Part shown: positions 19,348 to 28,639 of the stretch, piece by piece
Layout of the letters: each line of letters begins with the position of its first letter
How positions within the stretch are numbered: the stretch's first letter is position 1
From: Patescibacteria group bacterium
Lineage (GTDB): Bacteria > Patescibacteriota > Patescibacteriia > UBA2591 > UBA4787
Direction: 5' to 3'
Length of the DNA stretch: 64,000 nucleotides
Assembly (NCBI GenBank): GCA_028715115.1
Contig: JAQUSN010000001.1
Location: forward strand, 67,314 to 131,313
Notes under the pieces: generated by a model
Told to the model about the DNA's origin: nothing
Databases searched by the model: none
Seen by the model: the letters and a program-made list of their open reading frames with translations, nothing else
Made by a program: the position numbers and the translations under genes

Positions 19348-19893
19348 TTATTTGGCTGGCGCGCCCAATTTATCGCGCAGCATCTTTAGTCCGCGATGAG
19401 CCAGCATGCGCGCATTATCTTCTTTAATATTCAATGTTTTGGCAATCTCTTTAAAGGGCAGATCTTCGATAAATCTTAAAACCAAAACATCTCGATAGGG
19501 ATTTGAAACTTGCCCCAGAGCAGATTCAATCTGATTCAGATTAAATTTCTCGTCCAGCATTTCGTCGACATCTTCGTCGGAAACATTTTCACTAATTGAT
19601 TCGTCAAGCGGCATTTCTTCTTGGCCGCGACTGCGATAAAAATCAATGACTAAATTTTTTGCCACCTGATAGGCGAAACTTTGAAAATTCTCTACTTCTT
19701 TTCCGTTAATTAAGTATTGTAAAATTTTTATAAACGTTTCGCTGGTTAAATCTTGAGCCAAACTTTCATTGGAAACACGAAAAAAAATAAAACGATAAAT
19801 TTTATCTTGATAACGATCATAAAGCCGAGAAAAGGCCGTTTGATTGCCTCTTTTAATCTGTTGTAAAAGGATTTTCTCTTCGAATTTAAACAT
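19348..19893 (-). CDS. ECF-type RNA polymerase sigma factor (sigma-70 family, regions 2 and 4)
   Basis: 181 aa; region 2 (LAQDLTSETFIKILQYL) and region 4 HTH (LPFKEIAKTLNIKEDNARMLAHRGLKMLR). Confidence 0.8.
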   Translation of the reverse strand: MFKFEEKILLQQIKRGNQTAFSRLYDRYQDKIYRFIFFRVSNESLAQDLTSETFIKILQYLINGKEVENFQSFAYQVAKNLVIDFYRSRGQEEMPLDESISENVSDEDVDEMLDEKFNLNQIESALGQVSNPYRDVLVLRFIEDLPFKEIAKTLNIKEDNARMLAHRGLKMLRDKLGAPAK

Positions 19894-20049
19894 ACCAGGT
19901 AGTAAAAATTTGATGTTTCTTAATTAGTGCGATTTATTTGCACGGGTTAAAAAATAATAATTTAATCGATTTAAAATAAACCAGCCAAGATAGTACGAAG
20001 CTAAAAGCACTATCAAACTTCTACTACCTGGCATAAATTATCTTGTATT

Positions 20050-21636
20050 TTAGGCTAAGCTGGTACCAGTCATTTCCGGCGACTTAGGCAAACCCATTAA
20101 TTTTAAGATGGTCGGCGCCACATCGGCCAAAACGCCGCTCGGCGTTAAAGCGCTTAAATCAACGGGCTGATCCAAATGCGGCGACAACTCAAAATCATTA
20201 CCTACTATAATAAAGGGTACTGGACTGGTTGAATGTTCTTTGTTTATTTCGCCATTGCGCAAATTGACCATTTCCTCAATATTGCCATGATCAGCAGTAA
20301 TTAAGGCCACACCGCCCTGCTTTAAAACTTGCAATAAAATTTTGCCCAATTCTTCATCAACTACCTGCAGGCTTTTTTGCGCAGCCTCTAGATTGCCAGT
20401 GTGGCTGACCATATCAGCATTGGCAAAATTAACTACGACAAAATCATAGACCCCTAAATCCAAGGCCTTAATGACAGCTGCTGAAATTTCTGACGCAGCC
20501 ATGGCTGGTTTTTGATCAAAAGAAGAAATTCGCGGCGAAGGAATCAACAATCGGTCTTCTTGTTTAAACGGTTTTTCCGCGCCACCATTAAAGAAAAAAG
20601 TTACATGGGCATATTTTTGCGTTTCGGCTACATGAAGCTGCCGCCAGCCAGCATCGCTAATAATTTTTGCCAAAGGCTGCTCTACCCTTTCCGGAGGAAA
20701 GGCGACTTGAACCGGCAAGCCCGGTTCATATTCGGTCATAGTAACAAAGAATGAATCAGCTAATAATTTGGCGCGAGTAAAATTCTTAAAATTCAAAACG
20801 GTTATGGCGCGAGTAAGTTGTCGCATTCTTTCTGGTCGAAAATTAAAGAAAATTACCGCATCTTTATCGTCAATTGTGGTGATCGGCTGATTTTTTTCAT
20901 CGACAATAACCGTGGGTAAAAATTCTTCATCAAAAATTTTCTGCTCATAAGAATCTAAAACCGCCTGTATTGGATTTTGGCTTGTTTTATCAGCCTTGCC
21001 ATTGATCATAGCTTCATAGGCTTTTTGCGTTCTATCCCAATAATTATCTCTGTCCATGGCATAAAAACGGCCGCAAAGGGTGGCGATCTTACCGCAACCT
21101 AGGCGCTGGCACTTATCTTGTATTTGTTTAATAAACGACTCGCCAATATTAAAAGCCGTATCTCGACCATCTAAAATAGCATGAACAAAAACATTACTAA
21201 GATCATGACTTTTAGCTAAATCCAATAAAGCAGATAGATGTTCGAGTGAAGAGTGAACCGCGCCGTTAGAAGTTAAACCAATTAAATGTAATTTTGAATT
21301 ATTTTTTTTGACTGATTCAATAGCTTTTATAAAAGCGGAGTTTTTAAAAAACTCTCCATCGGCTATGGATCTATTTATTTTAGGTAAACTTTGCCAAACG
21401 ATTTTACCGGCGCCTAAATTTAAATGTCCGACCTCTGAGTTACCAGCTTCGCCAAAAGGCAAACCAACGGCTTCGCCAGCAGCCTGCAAGGTCCAGGCAG
21501 AATAATTGGTTAAAAGTTTTTGCCAAACCGGCAGATCAGTTAAAGTAACGGCGTTCCCCTGAGAGGGCGCAGCCACGCCCCAACCATCTAGAACAACCAG
21601 AACGACCGGCTTAATTTTAGGTTTAATTTCTTCCAT
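20050..21636 (-). CDS. gpmI: 2,3-bisphosphoglycerate-independent phosphoglycerate mutase
   Basis: 528 aa; VVLVVLDGWG, GNSEVGHLNLGAG and ADHGN motifs of iPGM. Confidence 0.9.
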   Translation of the reverse strand: MEEIKPKIKPVVLVVLDGWGVAAPSQGNAVTLTDLPVWQKLLTNYSAWTLQAAGEAVGLPFGEAGNSEVGHLNLGAGKIVWQSLPKINRSIADGEFFKNSAFIKAIESVKKNNSKLHLIGLTSNGAVHSSLEHLSALLDLAKSHDLSNVFVHAILDGRDTAFNIGESFIKQIQDKCQRLGCGKIATLCGRFYAMDRDNYWDRTQKAYEAMINGKADKTSQNPIQAVLDSYEQKIFDEEFLPTVIVDEKNQPITTIDDKDAVIFFNFRPERMRQLTRAITVLNFKNFTRAKLLADSFFVTMTEYEPGLPVQVAFPPERVEQPLAKIISDAGWRQLHVAETQKYAHVTFFFNGGAEKPFKQEDRLLIPSPRISSFDQKPAMAASEISAAVIKALDLGVYDFVVVNFANADMVSHTGNLEAAQKSLQVVDEELGKILLQVLKQGGVALITADHGNIEEMVNLRNGEINKEHSTSPVPFIIVGNDFELSPHLDQPVDLSALTPSGVLADVAPTILKLMGLPKSPEMTGTSLA

Positions 21637-21637
21637 A

Positions 21638-23236
21638 CTATTTAGTGATTAACGACTTACCCTTCATGTCCGAGGGCCGCTCAACTCCCATTAAATCTAA
21701 AATAGTTGGCGCCACGTCGGCTAAATTGCCGCCCGGTCTTAGCTCGGCCTTTTTATATTCAGAACTAACCAAAATGCAGGGCACAGGGTTGGTTGAATGT
21801 TGAGTGTCAATTTCATCAGTGGCTAAATTAATCATCTCTTCGGCATTACCATGATCGGCGGTAAGCACCAGGGAACCATTTAATTCCTTTAACTTATCAA
21901 CTATTTTAGCCAAACAGTGATCGGTAAATTCAAGGCCTTTTATGGTGGCCTCTAAATTTCCAGTATGGCCCAACATATCGGGATTAGCAAAATTAATAGC
22001 CATAAAATCAAACTCGGAAATATTTTTTAGAATATTTTTTGTTATTTCGGCCGCGCTCATTTCTGGCTTCAAGTCATAAGATTTAACCTGGGCCGAAGGA
22101 ACCATTAAACGTTGTTCTCCATTGACTGGATGATCGTAACCGCCGTTAAAAAAGAAAGTCATATGCGCGAATTTCTCGCTTTCGGCTAAATATAATTGGC
22201 GATAATTTTTTAAAACAAGAGGTAAGCTATCGGTAATTAAACGGCTGGGATAAGCTGTACGCACCAAATCAAGATCCGGACCAAAATCACTTAAAGCGAT
22301 AAAAAATATTTCCTCTGACCAGCGGCGGCGATGAAAAGAACCGGGATTTTGTTTGTTAAAATCTTTTTGCGTAAACGCTTTAGCTAATTCTCTGGCGCGG
22401 TCAGAACGCAAATTCATAAAAACAACCACATCTTTATCGCCGATGGTTGCGACCGGCTGATTATTCTTACAAATAATGCTAGGCAAAATAAATTCATCTG
22501 TCTCGCTGCGATTATAAGCTTGAACAATGGCCTCTTCGGCTGATCTGACTTTTAGCCCTTCGCCCAAAACCAATAAATTATAAACCTTTGAAATTCTGTC
22601 CCAATCTTTGTTGCGATCCATGGCGTAAAAACGACCGCAAATACTAGCGATTTTTACCTGACCACGGCCGCTTTTATTCACGCCATAATGACTATTATAT
22701 TCGTGGGTATTTCTAAGTTTATTTTCAAAACGGCGAATAATATTAATGGCTGCATGTTGGGGCGAATCTCTGCCGTCGGTAAAAAGATGAAGATAAACTT
22801 CATTAACTTTACGTTGGTCCAAAAAATTCAACATAGCCAGCCAATGTTCAGGCGAAGAATGGGCGCTTTGTTCTTCGGTAATAAGACCCATTAAATGAAT
22901 TTTTGAATGATTTTTTTTAGCGTAGTTAATGCCCTCTAAAAAAATTGGATTCTTCGAAAACGTACCATCTTTGATGCTCTCTGAAATATAAACCGCATCG
23001 GCTTTAACTATGCGACCGGCGCCTAGATTAAGGTGTCCGGCTTCGGAGTTTCCATCTTGCTTAACAGGTAAACCAACGCATTTGCCACTAGCGCATAATT
23101 CTGTGTAGGGGTATTTATTTTTTAAATCTAAAAAGGTCGGGGTCTTAGCTAAAGTAATAGCATTACCGCGCGAAGGCGGCGCCACGCCCCAACCGTCTAA
23201 AATAATAAGAAGTGTCGGACTTGTTTTTTTAGGCAT
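21638..23236 (-). CDS. gpmI: Second iPGM paralog (tandem duplicate of gpmI)
   Basis: 532 aa; LLIILDGWGVAPP, GNSEAGHLNLGAG and TADHGNAEEM. By eye about 40-45% identical to the neighbouring copy, so an old duplication. Confidence 0.85.
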   Translation of the reverse strand: MPKKTSPTLLIILDGWGVAPPSRGNAITLAKTPTFLDLKNKYPYTELCASGKCVGLPVKQDGNSEAGHLNLGAGRIVKADAVYISESIKDGTFSKNPIFLEGINYAKKNHSKIHLMGLITEEQSAHSSPEHWLAMLNFLDQRKVNEVYLHLFTDGRDSPQHAAINIIRRFENKLRNTHEYNSHYGVNKSGRGQVKIASICGRFYAMDRNKDWDRISKVYNLLVLGEGLKVRSAEEAIVQAYNRSETDEFILPSIICKNNQPVATIGDKDVVVFMNLRSDRARELAKAFTQKDFNKQNPGSFHRRRWSEEIFFIALSDFGPDLDLVRTAYPSRLITDSLPLVLKNYRQLYLAESEKFAHMTFFFNGGYDHPVNGEQRLMVPSAQVKSYDLKPEMSAAEITKNILKNISEFDFMAINFANPDMLGHTGNLEATIKGLEFTDHCLAKIVDKLKELNGSLVLTADHGNAEEMINLATDEIDTQHSTNPVPCILVSSEYKKAELRPGGNLADVAPTILDLMGVERPSDMKGKSLITK

Positions 23237-23238
23237 AA

Positions 23239-23580
23239 TTAATTAACTAGCGTCTCTTCTTGCTCTGACCGAAAAGGAGGAGTGGCCGTAGCAATCATTT
23301 TTAATTTTCCTTTATAAGTAAACCGGTTATTGTGGGGAATTATTACTAAATCGCCTTTGGCGCACTCTTCTTTGATATTATTAATCAAAAAATAACCGCT
23401 ACCTTCTAAAACATAATAAATAAAATCTGATTCATGCTCTAAAATAGTTGTACCATGACCGGTCTCAGTCTCAATTAAAAAGTAATGCGTTTTGTCGGTT
23501 AAATTTTTAATGGGAAATATTTTACCCTTAATGCCAATTCTTTCGAAGGAAAAATTATCTGGCTCATGAATAACGTGCAT
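23239..23580 (-). CDS. Cupin-domain protein
   Basis: 113 aa; two-His/one-Glu cupin motif region (THYFLIETETGHGTTILEHESDFIYYVLEGSGYF). Confidence 0.6.
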   Translation of the reverse strand: MHVIHEPDNFSFERIGIKGKIFPIKNLTDKTHYFLIETETGHGTTILEHESDFIYYVLEGSGYFLINNIKEECAKGDLVIIPHNNRFTYKGKLKMIATATPPFRSEQEETLVN

Positions 23581-23616
23581 AATTTTATATTTTTATAAAA
23601 CTATTTATTAAAATTT

Positions 23617-24879
23617 TTATTTTAATTCTTGCTCAATTTCCAGTAAACGATTATATTTGGCCACTCTTTCGCCGCGATTGGGCGCGCCAGTTTTAATATA
23701 ATCAGCATTAATAGCTACGGCCAAGTCGGCGATGAAATCATCGTTAGGTTCGCCGGCGCGCTGCGAAACAACTATTTTATAGTTATTCTTTTTCGCCTCT
23801 TTAACGCAATTGATTACTTCAGTAATAGTGCCTACTTGATTGGGTTTAATAATCATGGCGTTAGCCGTTGATTCACTCAAGCCGCGCTGTAATCGTTTTA
23901 AATTAGTGCTAAAAATATCATCACCTATAACCGCCGCCCCCGGCCGAATCGATAAAACTTCTTTGGTAAAAATCGGCCAACTCTCCCAATCATCTTCGGC
24001 TAAAGGGTCTTCGATGACTAAAAACGGATATTTTTTAAACCAACTAAGATAAATCTCGATCATTTTTTTGCTTGAATAATTTTTATTCTCAAAACGATAT
24101 TGTTTTTTATTTTCTTGATAAAAAACCGAAGCGGCTACGTCTAGGGCAAAGAAAACTTCTTCACCTAATTTGTAATGCGTATAATTAGAAATATCTATCA
24201 TTAAATCCAGGGCATTCTTGACTGTTTTAGCCCTTGGAGCAAAGCCACCCTCATCTCCCACGGCTGACCTTAGGCCTCTTTTTTCTAGAACCATCCTTAG
24301 AGCACTAAAAATTTCTACTCCCATCCTTAATTTTTCCGCAAAAGTATCGCGAGCTTGCGGAATAATCATAAACTCCTGAACCGCCAAACCGGCATCTGAA
24401 TGTTTACCGCCTTCCATTACTAAAAACATCGGCGTCGGCAAAGAAAAAGTAGTTAAAGGTAAAGAATAGGCGCTACGAATATATTTATAAAGCGGGGTTT
24501 GTTCGTTTAAACTAGCGGCGCGGCAACAAGCCAACGATACACTTAAAATAGCATTAGCGCCTAGTTTGCTTTTATTTTCCGTTCCGTCTAAATCTAGCAT
24601 TTTTTGATCGATCACGGAAAGTTGGTTGATCTCTAGGTCAAGTAAGGTCGGAGCGATTATCTCATTAACATTAGCCACGGCCTTTAAAACGCCTTTTCCT
24701 AAAAACCGATTCGGATCACCATCGCGAAGCTCGACCGCCTCATGGACGCCAGTTGAAGCGCCAGAAGCCACGGCGGCGCGGGCCGTAAGGCCATTGTCCA
24801 AAATAACCTTGGTCTCCACGGTAGGAATGCCGCGTGAATCTAAAATTTCTCGAGCTATAATTTGTTTGATTTTTGCCAT
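23617..24879 (-). CDS. eno: Enolase (phosphopyruvate hydratase)
   Basis: 420 aa; MAKIKQIIAREILDSRGIPTVE..., SGASTGVHEA, IKPNQVGT and SQRAGE motifs. Confidence 0.95.
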   Translation of the reverse strand: MAKIKQIIAREILDSRGIPTVETKVILDNGLTARAAVASGASTGVHEAVELRDGDPNRFLGKGVLKAVANVNEIIAPTLLDLEINQLSVIDQKMLDLDGTENKSKLGANAILSVSLACCRAASLNEQTPLYKYIRSAYSLPLTTFSLPTPMFLVMEGGKHSDAGLAVQEFMIIPQARDTFAEKLRMGVEIFSALRMVLEKRGLRSAVGDEGGFAPRAKTVKNALDLMIDISNYTHYKLGEEVFFALDVAASVFYQENKKQYRFENKNYSSKKMIEIYLSWFKKYPFLVIEDPLAEDDWESWPIFTKEVLSIRPGAAVIGDDIFSTNLKRLQRGLSESTANAMIIKPNQVGTITEVINCVKEAKKNNYKIVVSQRAGEPNDDFIADLAVAINADYIKTGAPNRGERVAKYNRLLEIEQELK

Positions 24880-25020
24880 ATAAAAAATTTTTACTTATAA
24901 TAAATTAATATTTTAACAAAATTTTAAGACTTAATCAAAGAAACGGCCATCAAATTATAACATAAAATAAAATTAAATTAAAGATCTTCTACTATAATTA
25001 ATCAAAAACTAATAAAAAGT

Positions 25021-25053
25021 AAAACGGCCCCAGGTAAAACCCAGGGCCGTTTC
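25021..25053 (-). terminator. Hairpin AAACGGCCC(CAGG)...(CCCA)GGGCCGTTT downstream of the GC-rich island 2 gene
   Basis: 7-10 bp GC stem followed on the minus strand by TTTTACTTTTTATT. Confidence 0.5.
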
Positions 25054-25067
25054 TGCGATTTGGAGGC

Positions 25068-26562
25068 CTAGCGAATAAGGACGAGCCTGACTGGCGGCGA
25101 ACCATCCGAGGTTCTTGCTTCGTAAACGCCATTCGGCGCCGCGAAACCGCCATCGTCTCTTCCATCCCAGAGACGCCCTGATTCTCGTCCAGCAACATGC
25201 CTGACGCACCGGCCGGTAGAGTTATAGATTTTAACCGAGTTGACGCTGGTTAAAAACCTAAACTCCCTGCCAATCGTCGGCTTAACGACCAGCGGCTTTC
25301 CGGCATGGATTAAGGTCGAGCTTTCTTCGATGCCCATGGCTGGCACAACCAGACGAACGCCATAGCCAAGGTGATGAGCCACTTTGTGGCGCCGACCCAC
25401 GGCTATAATCGTATCTCCCCTGGCTATCCAGTCGCGAAGACAGAAACTCGGTAGGAAACTGTCTGATCCATGGAATGTCCAGAGGGTATCTTGATTCGCA
25501 TAGTCGAATGCCACAACCAGGCCGTGGCCAAAGGCGCCGCCACCCTGACCGACTGCTATTACTACGTGCCCGCTGGCCCATTTCTTCAGCCTATACAAAA
25601 CCGAAGGGTTGCCGTATGAGAAGTAGGATTTGGTCCAAAGCGTATCGCCATTTCTTAGGTCAACAGCCATAAACCAGAATCTTCCTTCATCGTAACGCGA
25701 AGTCTTTGCTACCACTAGGGCGATAGTATCATCCAGTTGCTCGACGTCGGCGGCGTCATCGGCCGAATCGGGATTGCCGTAAGTGCGACTCCATAACAGC
25801 TCCCCCGCCGTATCCAAGCGGGTAACAGATATGTCCCAAGCATGCATTTCGTTGGTGTCGGCGACAGTGCCAACAACAATAAAATCGCCATTGGTAAGAC
25901 GCCGCATGCTTCTAACGCTGTCCTTTCTGGCAAGACTATAGGTCCGACGCCAAATCGGAACAGCGTGACAGTTGATCTTCATCAACAGCAGATTGGACAT
26001 GCCGAGTTCTTTGCGGGTAACCGAATCAACCGGACGGTTCTCTCCAGCCACCATGATGTTACTATCGTTGGGCAACATGACTGCGGCTCGGACGTAGTCA
26101 TCGCTCGGGAGTACGGGTAGATGGTAGAAGAAGTTGATGCTGTCGAATCGCTCGTTAACAGCTGCCTGAACCGCGAAAAAGCCGCAGAAAGGATGGTCCC
26201 CCGAGAGGTTCACGCCAACCGCATAGAAAGTATCCCTGTGACTAAATAGCTCACAGGGATCTTCGTGGGTGTAGACGTAGGGGGGCGGAACATTATAGGC
26301 ACGCCGTCCCAATACCTCCCCCTGTGTATTCATCCGGAACAGAGCAACTGGTAGCGTCGCGGCTCCTGGCGGAGTCGGCTCCCAATCAAAAGTACCCAAC
26401 ACTATGAGCTCATTGCCCCAGGGAGCTTCATAGATCCGATAGTACAACGACCCAAGAATGCATGTATCCCGAAACTCCCCCCAGGTTGATAGGCGCTACA
26501 GCCGACGCAGTCGTGGCCAGAAAGACCACGACCAGACAGACGACCATTATCAGGTGTTTCAT
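25068..26562 (-). pseudogene. Frameshifted gene for a secreted beta-propeller-like protein with T9SS-type C-terminal sorting-domain-like tail (GC-rich island 2)
   Basis: The ATG at 26562 with an AAGGAGG RBS gives signal peptide MKHLIMVVCLVVVFLATTASAVA, and that frame stops after 44 codons. The 459-codon body is in the +1 frame with no start of its own (the track uses an internal TTG). Deleting one G from the G6 run (C6 on the plus strand, 26477-26482) fuses the two. The C-terminus VKIYNSTGRCVRHV...LWDGRDDGG...GVYEARTSDG...RLVLIR matches the Por/T9SS CTD or FlgD-Ig-like pattern. Coding GC is about 58% by eye. Confidence 0.55.
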
Positions 26563-27142
26563 TTTCTGCCTCCTTAGCAGAGTTTGTTAAAGATCTCCTC
26601 CTGATTGAGCCATAATAGGCCCATGATTCGGTTTTATCGCGTTTTAAAATAATGTCAAGCCCATTTAGAACAACTTTACCCCGTTAATCAGGAAGCTGTC
26701 ATTAAAACTAGGCATAAATTAATTTTAATATTCGAGTAGAATATTCCTTTTTAAAAAATAGGGATTAACGGGGATTACTAACTGCCTTTGTTTTGACTTT
26801 AATATATTACTTTAATGCATTAATGTTAACATTTTGACTCATATTTCTACGGCCGTTAAAATGTGAGTCAAAAAACAATTTATGCCATTTATTTACATAT
26901 ATATAAATAAGGGCCATGTTTACGACGTTATAAAAGAGAAATATAAAATTTTCTAACTGGGTAAAGGTACAATTTTCTGCTATAATAAATAGTATCAAAC
27001 GTACAATTTATAGTATATAACCTATAATATTTAATAAATATGCGTATTGGCATAGACGCTCGCCCCCGGTCACAAGCAGGGCATGTGAGGGGACGTCGCT
27101 CGTTTAAACCAATTACGTTATCATGATTAAATAATTAATAAT

Positions 27143-27682
27143 TTGGCTTTGTTTATGAAGATAGGAATAGACGCTCGCTTCTTTGGCCCACAGGGCAAAG
27201 GAATCGGCAGATACACAGAGAAGTTGATTGAATCTTTGGAAAAGCTCGATCAAAACAACGAGTATTTTATCTTTTTAACTAAAGAGGGGTTTGATTTGTA
27301 TGAACCTAAAAACAAGAACTTCCATAAAGTTTTAGCTAATTATCCTTGGTATTCTTTTAAGGAACAATTGCTTTTGCCAAGACTACTAAACCAATATCAT
27401 TTGGATTTGATGCATTTCTTACATTTTAATAAACCACTACTCTACAAAGGAAAGTATGTGGTGACTATACATGATTTGACCTTGTTGGATTTCTCGACAA
27501 AAAAAAACACCCAGGGAAAATCCTGGTGGTGGTTTAAAAATATTATTTTTAAAATCGTCATCAGTCAGTCAATAAAAAGCTCGGAAAGAATTATCGCTGA
27601 CTCGCAATTTATAAAAAACGATCTATTGAAAAGGTTTAAAATACCAGAAGATAAAATTAAGGTTATAGAGTTGGCAGTGTAA
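27143..27682 (+). pseudogene. Glycosyltransferase family 4, N-terminal fragment only (truncated)
   Basis: 179 aa; MKIGIDARFFGPQGKGIGRYT is the canonical GT4 N-terminus, but the ORF ends after the first Rossmann half. The 5' end of the gene is partially duplicated at 27041. Confidence 0.55.
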
Positions 27683-27791
27683 AAAATAAATCAGGAGCTC
27701 CTTAATTACTGTCGTGGTTGCCATGCGGTTTCTGCCGGTACGACGGGTAGTTTCTTTGACAAAGATCCACAATGTTGGCGCTGCTAACCCA

Positions 27792-27836
27792 AACAGCGAT
27801 AGTTACCAAAAGTGCTATCGCTGTTCTTTATCTAAA
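27792..27836 (+). terminator. Hairpin AACAGCGATAG-N12-CTATCGCTGTT + CTTTATCT
   Basis: Perfect 11 bp stem in a short GC-richer stretch downstream of the GT4 fragment. Confidence 0.45.
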
Positions 27837-27856
27837 AAATTTACTAAAATATAGGC

Positions 27857-28495
27857 ATGAAATATAATCAAATATATCAAAATAATAATGTTTGGGGACA
27901 ACAACCAAACAGACTCTTACGGAAACTTCATGGCCTCTTTAATATTAGCGGGGGGTTCTTGGATTTGGGCTGCGGGCAAGGAAGGGATTCTTTGTTTATG
28001 CTACAAAAGGGATTCAAGGTAGACGCTGTAGATAATTCTCAAGAAGGCATAAATAAAATAAAAGAGCAAATTCAAGTAAATAATTTACTGCCCACTAACA
28101 TAACTCTATTTTGCGATAGGATTCAAAATTTTAATATTGCGAAAGATAAATATGGCATCATAAATGCTTTCAACTCATTGCAGTTTTTGTCCAAGCAAGA
28201 GGCTTTAAAAATAATTAATAACATTAAAAGTAATATAAAAAACAACGGATATGTTATTATTTCTAGCTTTACTACGAATGATCCACTTTATATAAAAATA
28301 AACAACGATAAACGCTGTTTTTTTGAACCTCAGGAATTAAAAAAAATATTTTCTGACTTTAATATTATTGAATATGAAGAAAAAATTATCGAAGATAAGG
28401 GACACCCCGGCACCCCAAAACCGCACCATCATGGGATTGTAAAATTAATTGCACAAAAGATAAGAAGTATTCCAAACAATAATACTATTATTTAA
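27857..28495 (+). CDS. Class I SAM-dependent methyltransferase (TehB-like)
   Basis: 212 aa; motif I LDLGCGQGRDS, small Rossmann fold. Confidence 0.7.
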   Translation: MKYNQIYQNNNVWGQQPNRLLRKLHGLFNISGGFLDLGCGQGRDSLFMLQKGFKVDAVDNSQEGINKIKEQIQVNNLLPTNITLFCDRIQNFNIAKDKYGIINAFNSLQFLSKQEALKIINNIKSNIKNNGYVIISSFTTNDPLYIKINNDKRCFFEPQELKKIFSDFNIIEYEEKIIEDKGHPGTPKPHHHGIVKLIAQKIRSIPNNNTII

Positions 28496-28546
28496 TAATT
28501 CTATTACTAAATATTTTAAAAAAATATTTAACTAAAACTAATTGGG

Positions 28547-28578
28547 GGCCCGCGGCAGGATACCGCGGGCCCTTTCTG
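28547..28578. terminator. Bidirectional hairpin GGGCCCGCGG-caggatac-CCGCGGGCCC between convergent genes
   Basis: Perfect 10 bp GC stem; left edge of GC-rich island 3. Confidence 0.6.
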
Positions 28579-28639
28579 ATCGAAATCGAGCTACGAACCT
28601 CCAGTCGTAGTCGAAGGGATGGTAGATGTCGTCTAGGAA

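Noticed and set aside
24998-25209. Two 66 aa minus-strand ORFs at the island 2 terminator
   Set aside because: They overlap the terminator hairpin and the 3' end of the island gene in other frames and have no translation signals.
26807-26998. A 63 aa ORF in the AT-rich spacer right of island 2
   Set aside because: AT-rich, with no RBS, and overlapping the inverted repeat and promoter-like motifs; most likely non-coding regulatory or spacer DNA.
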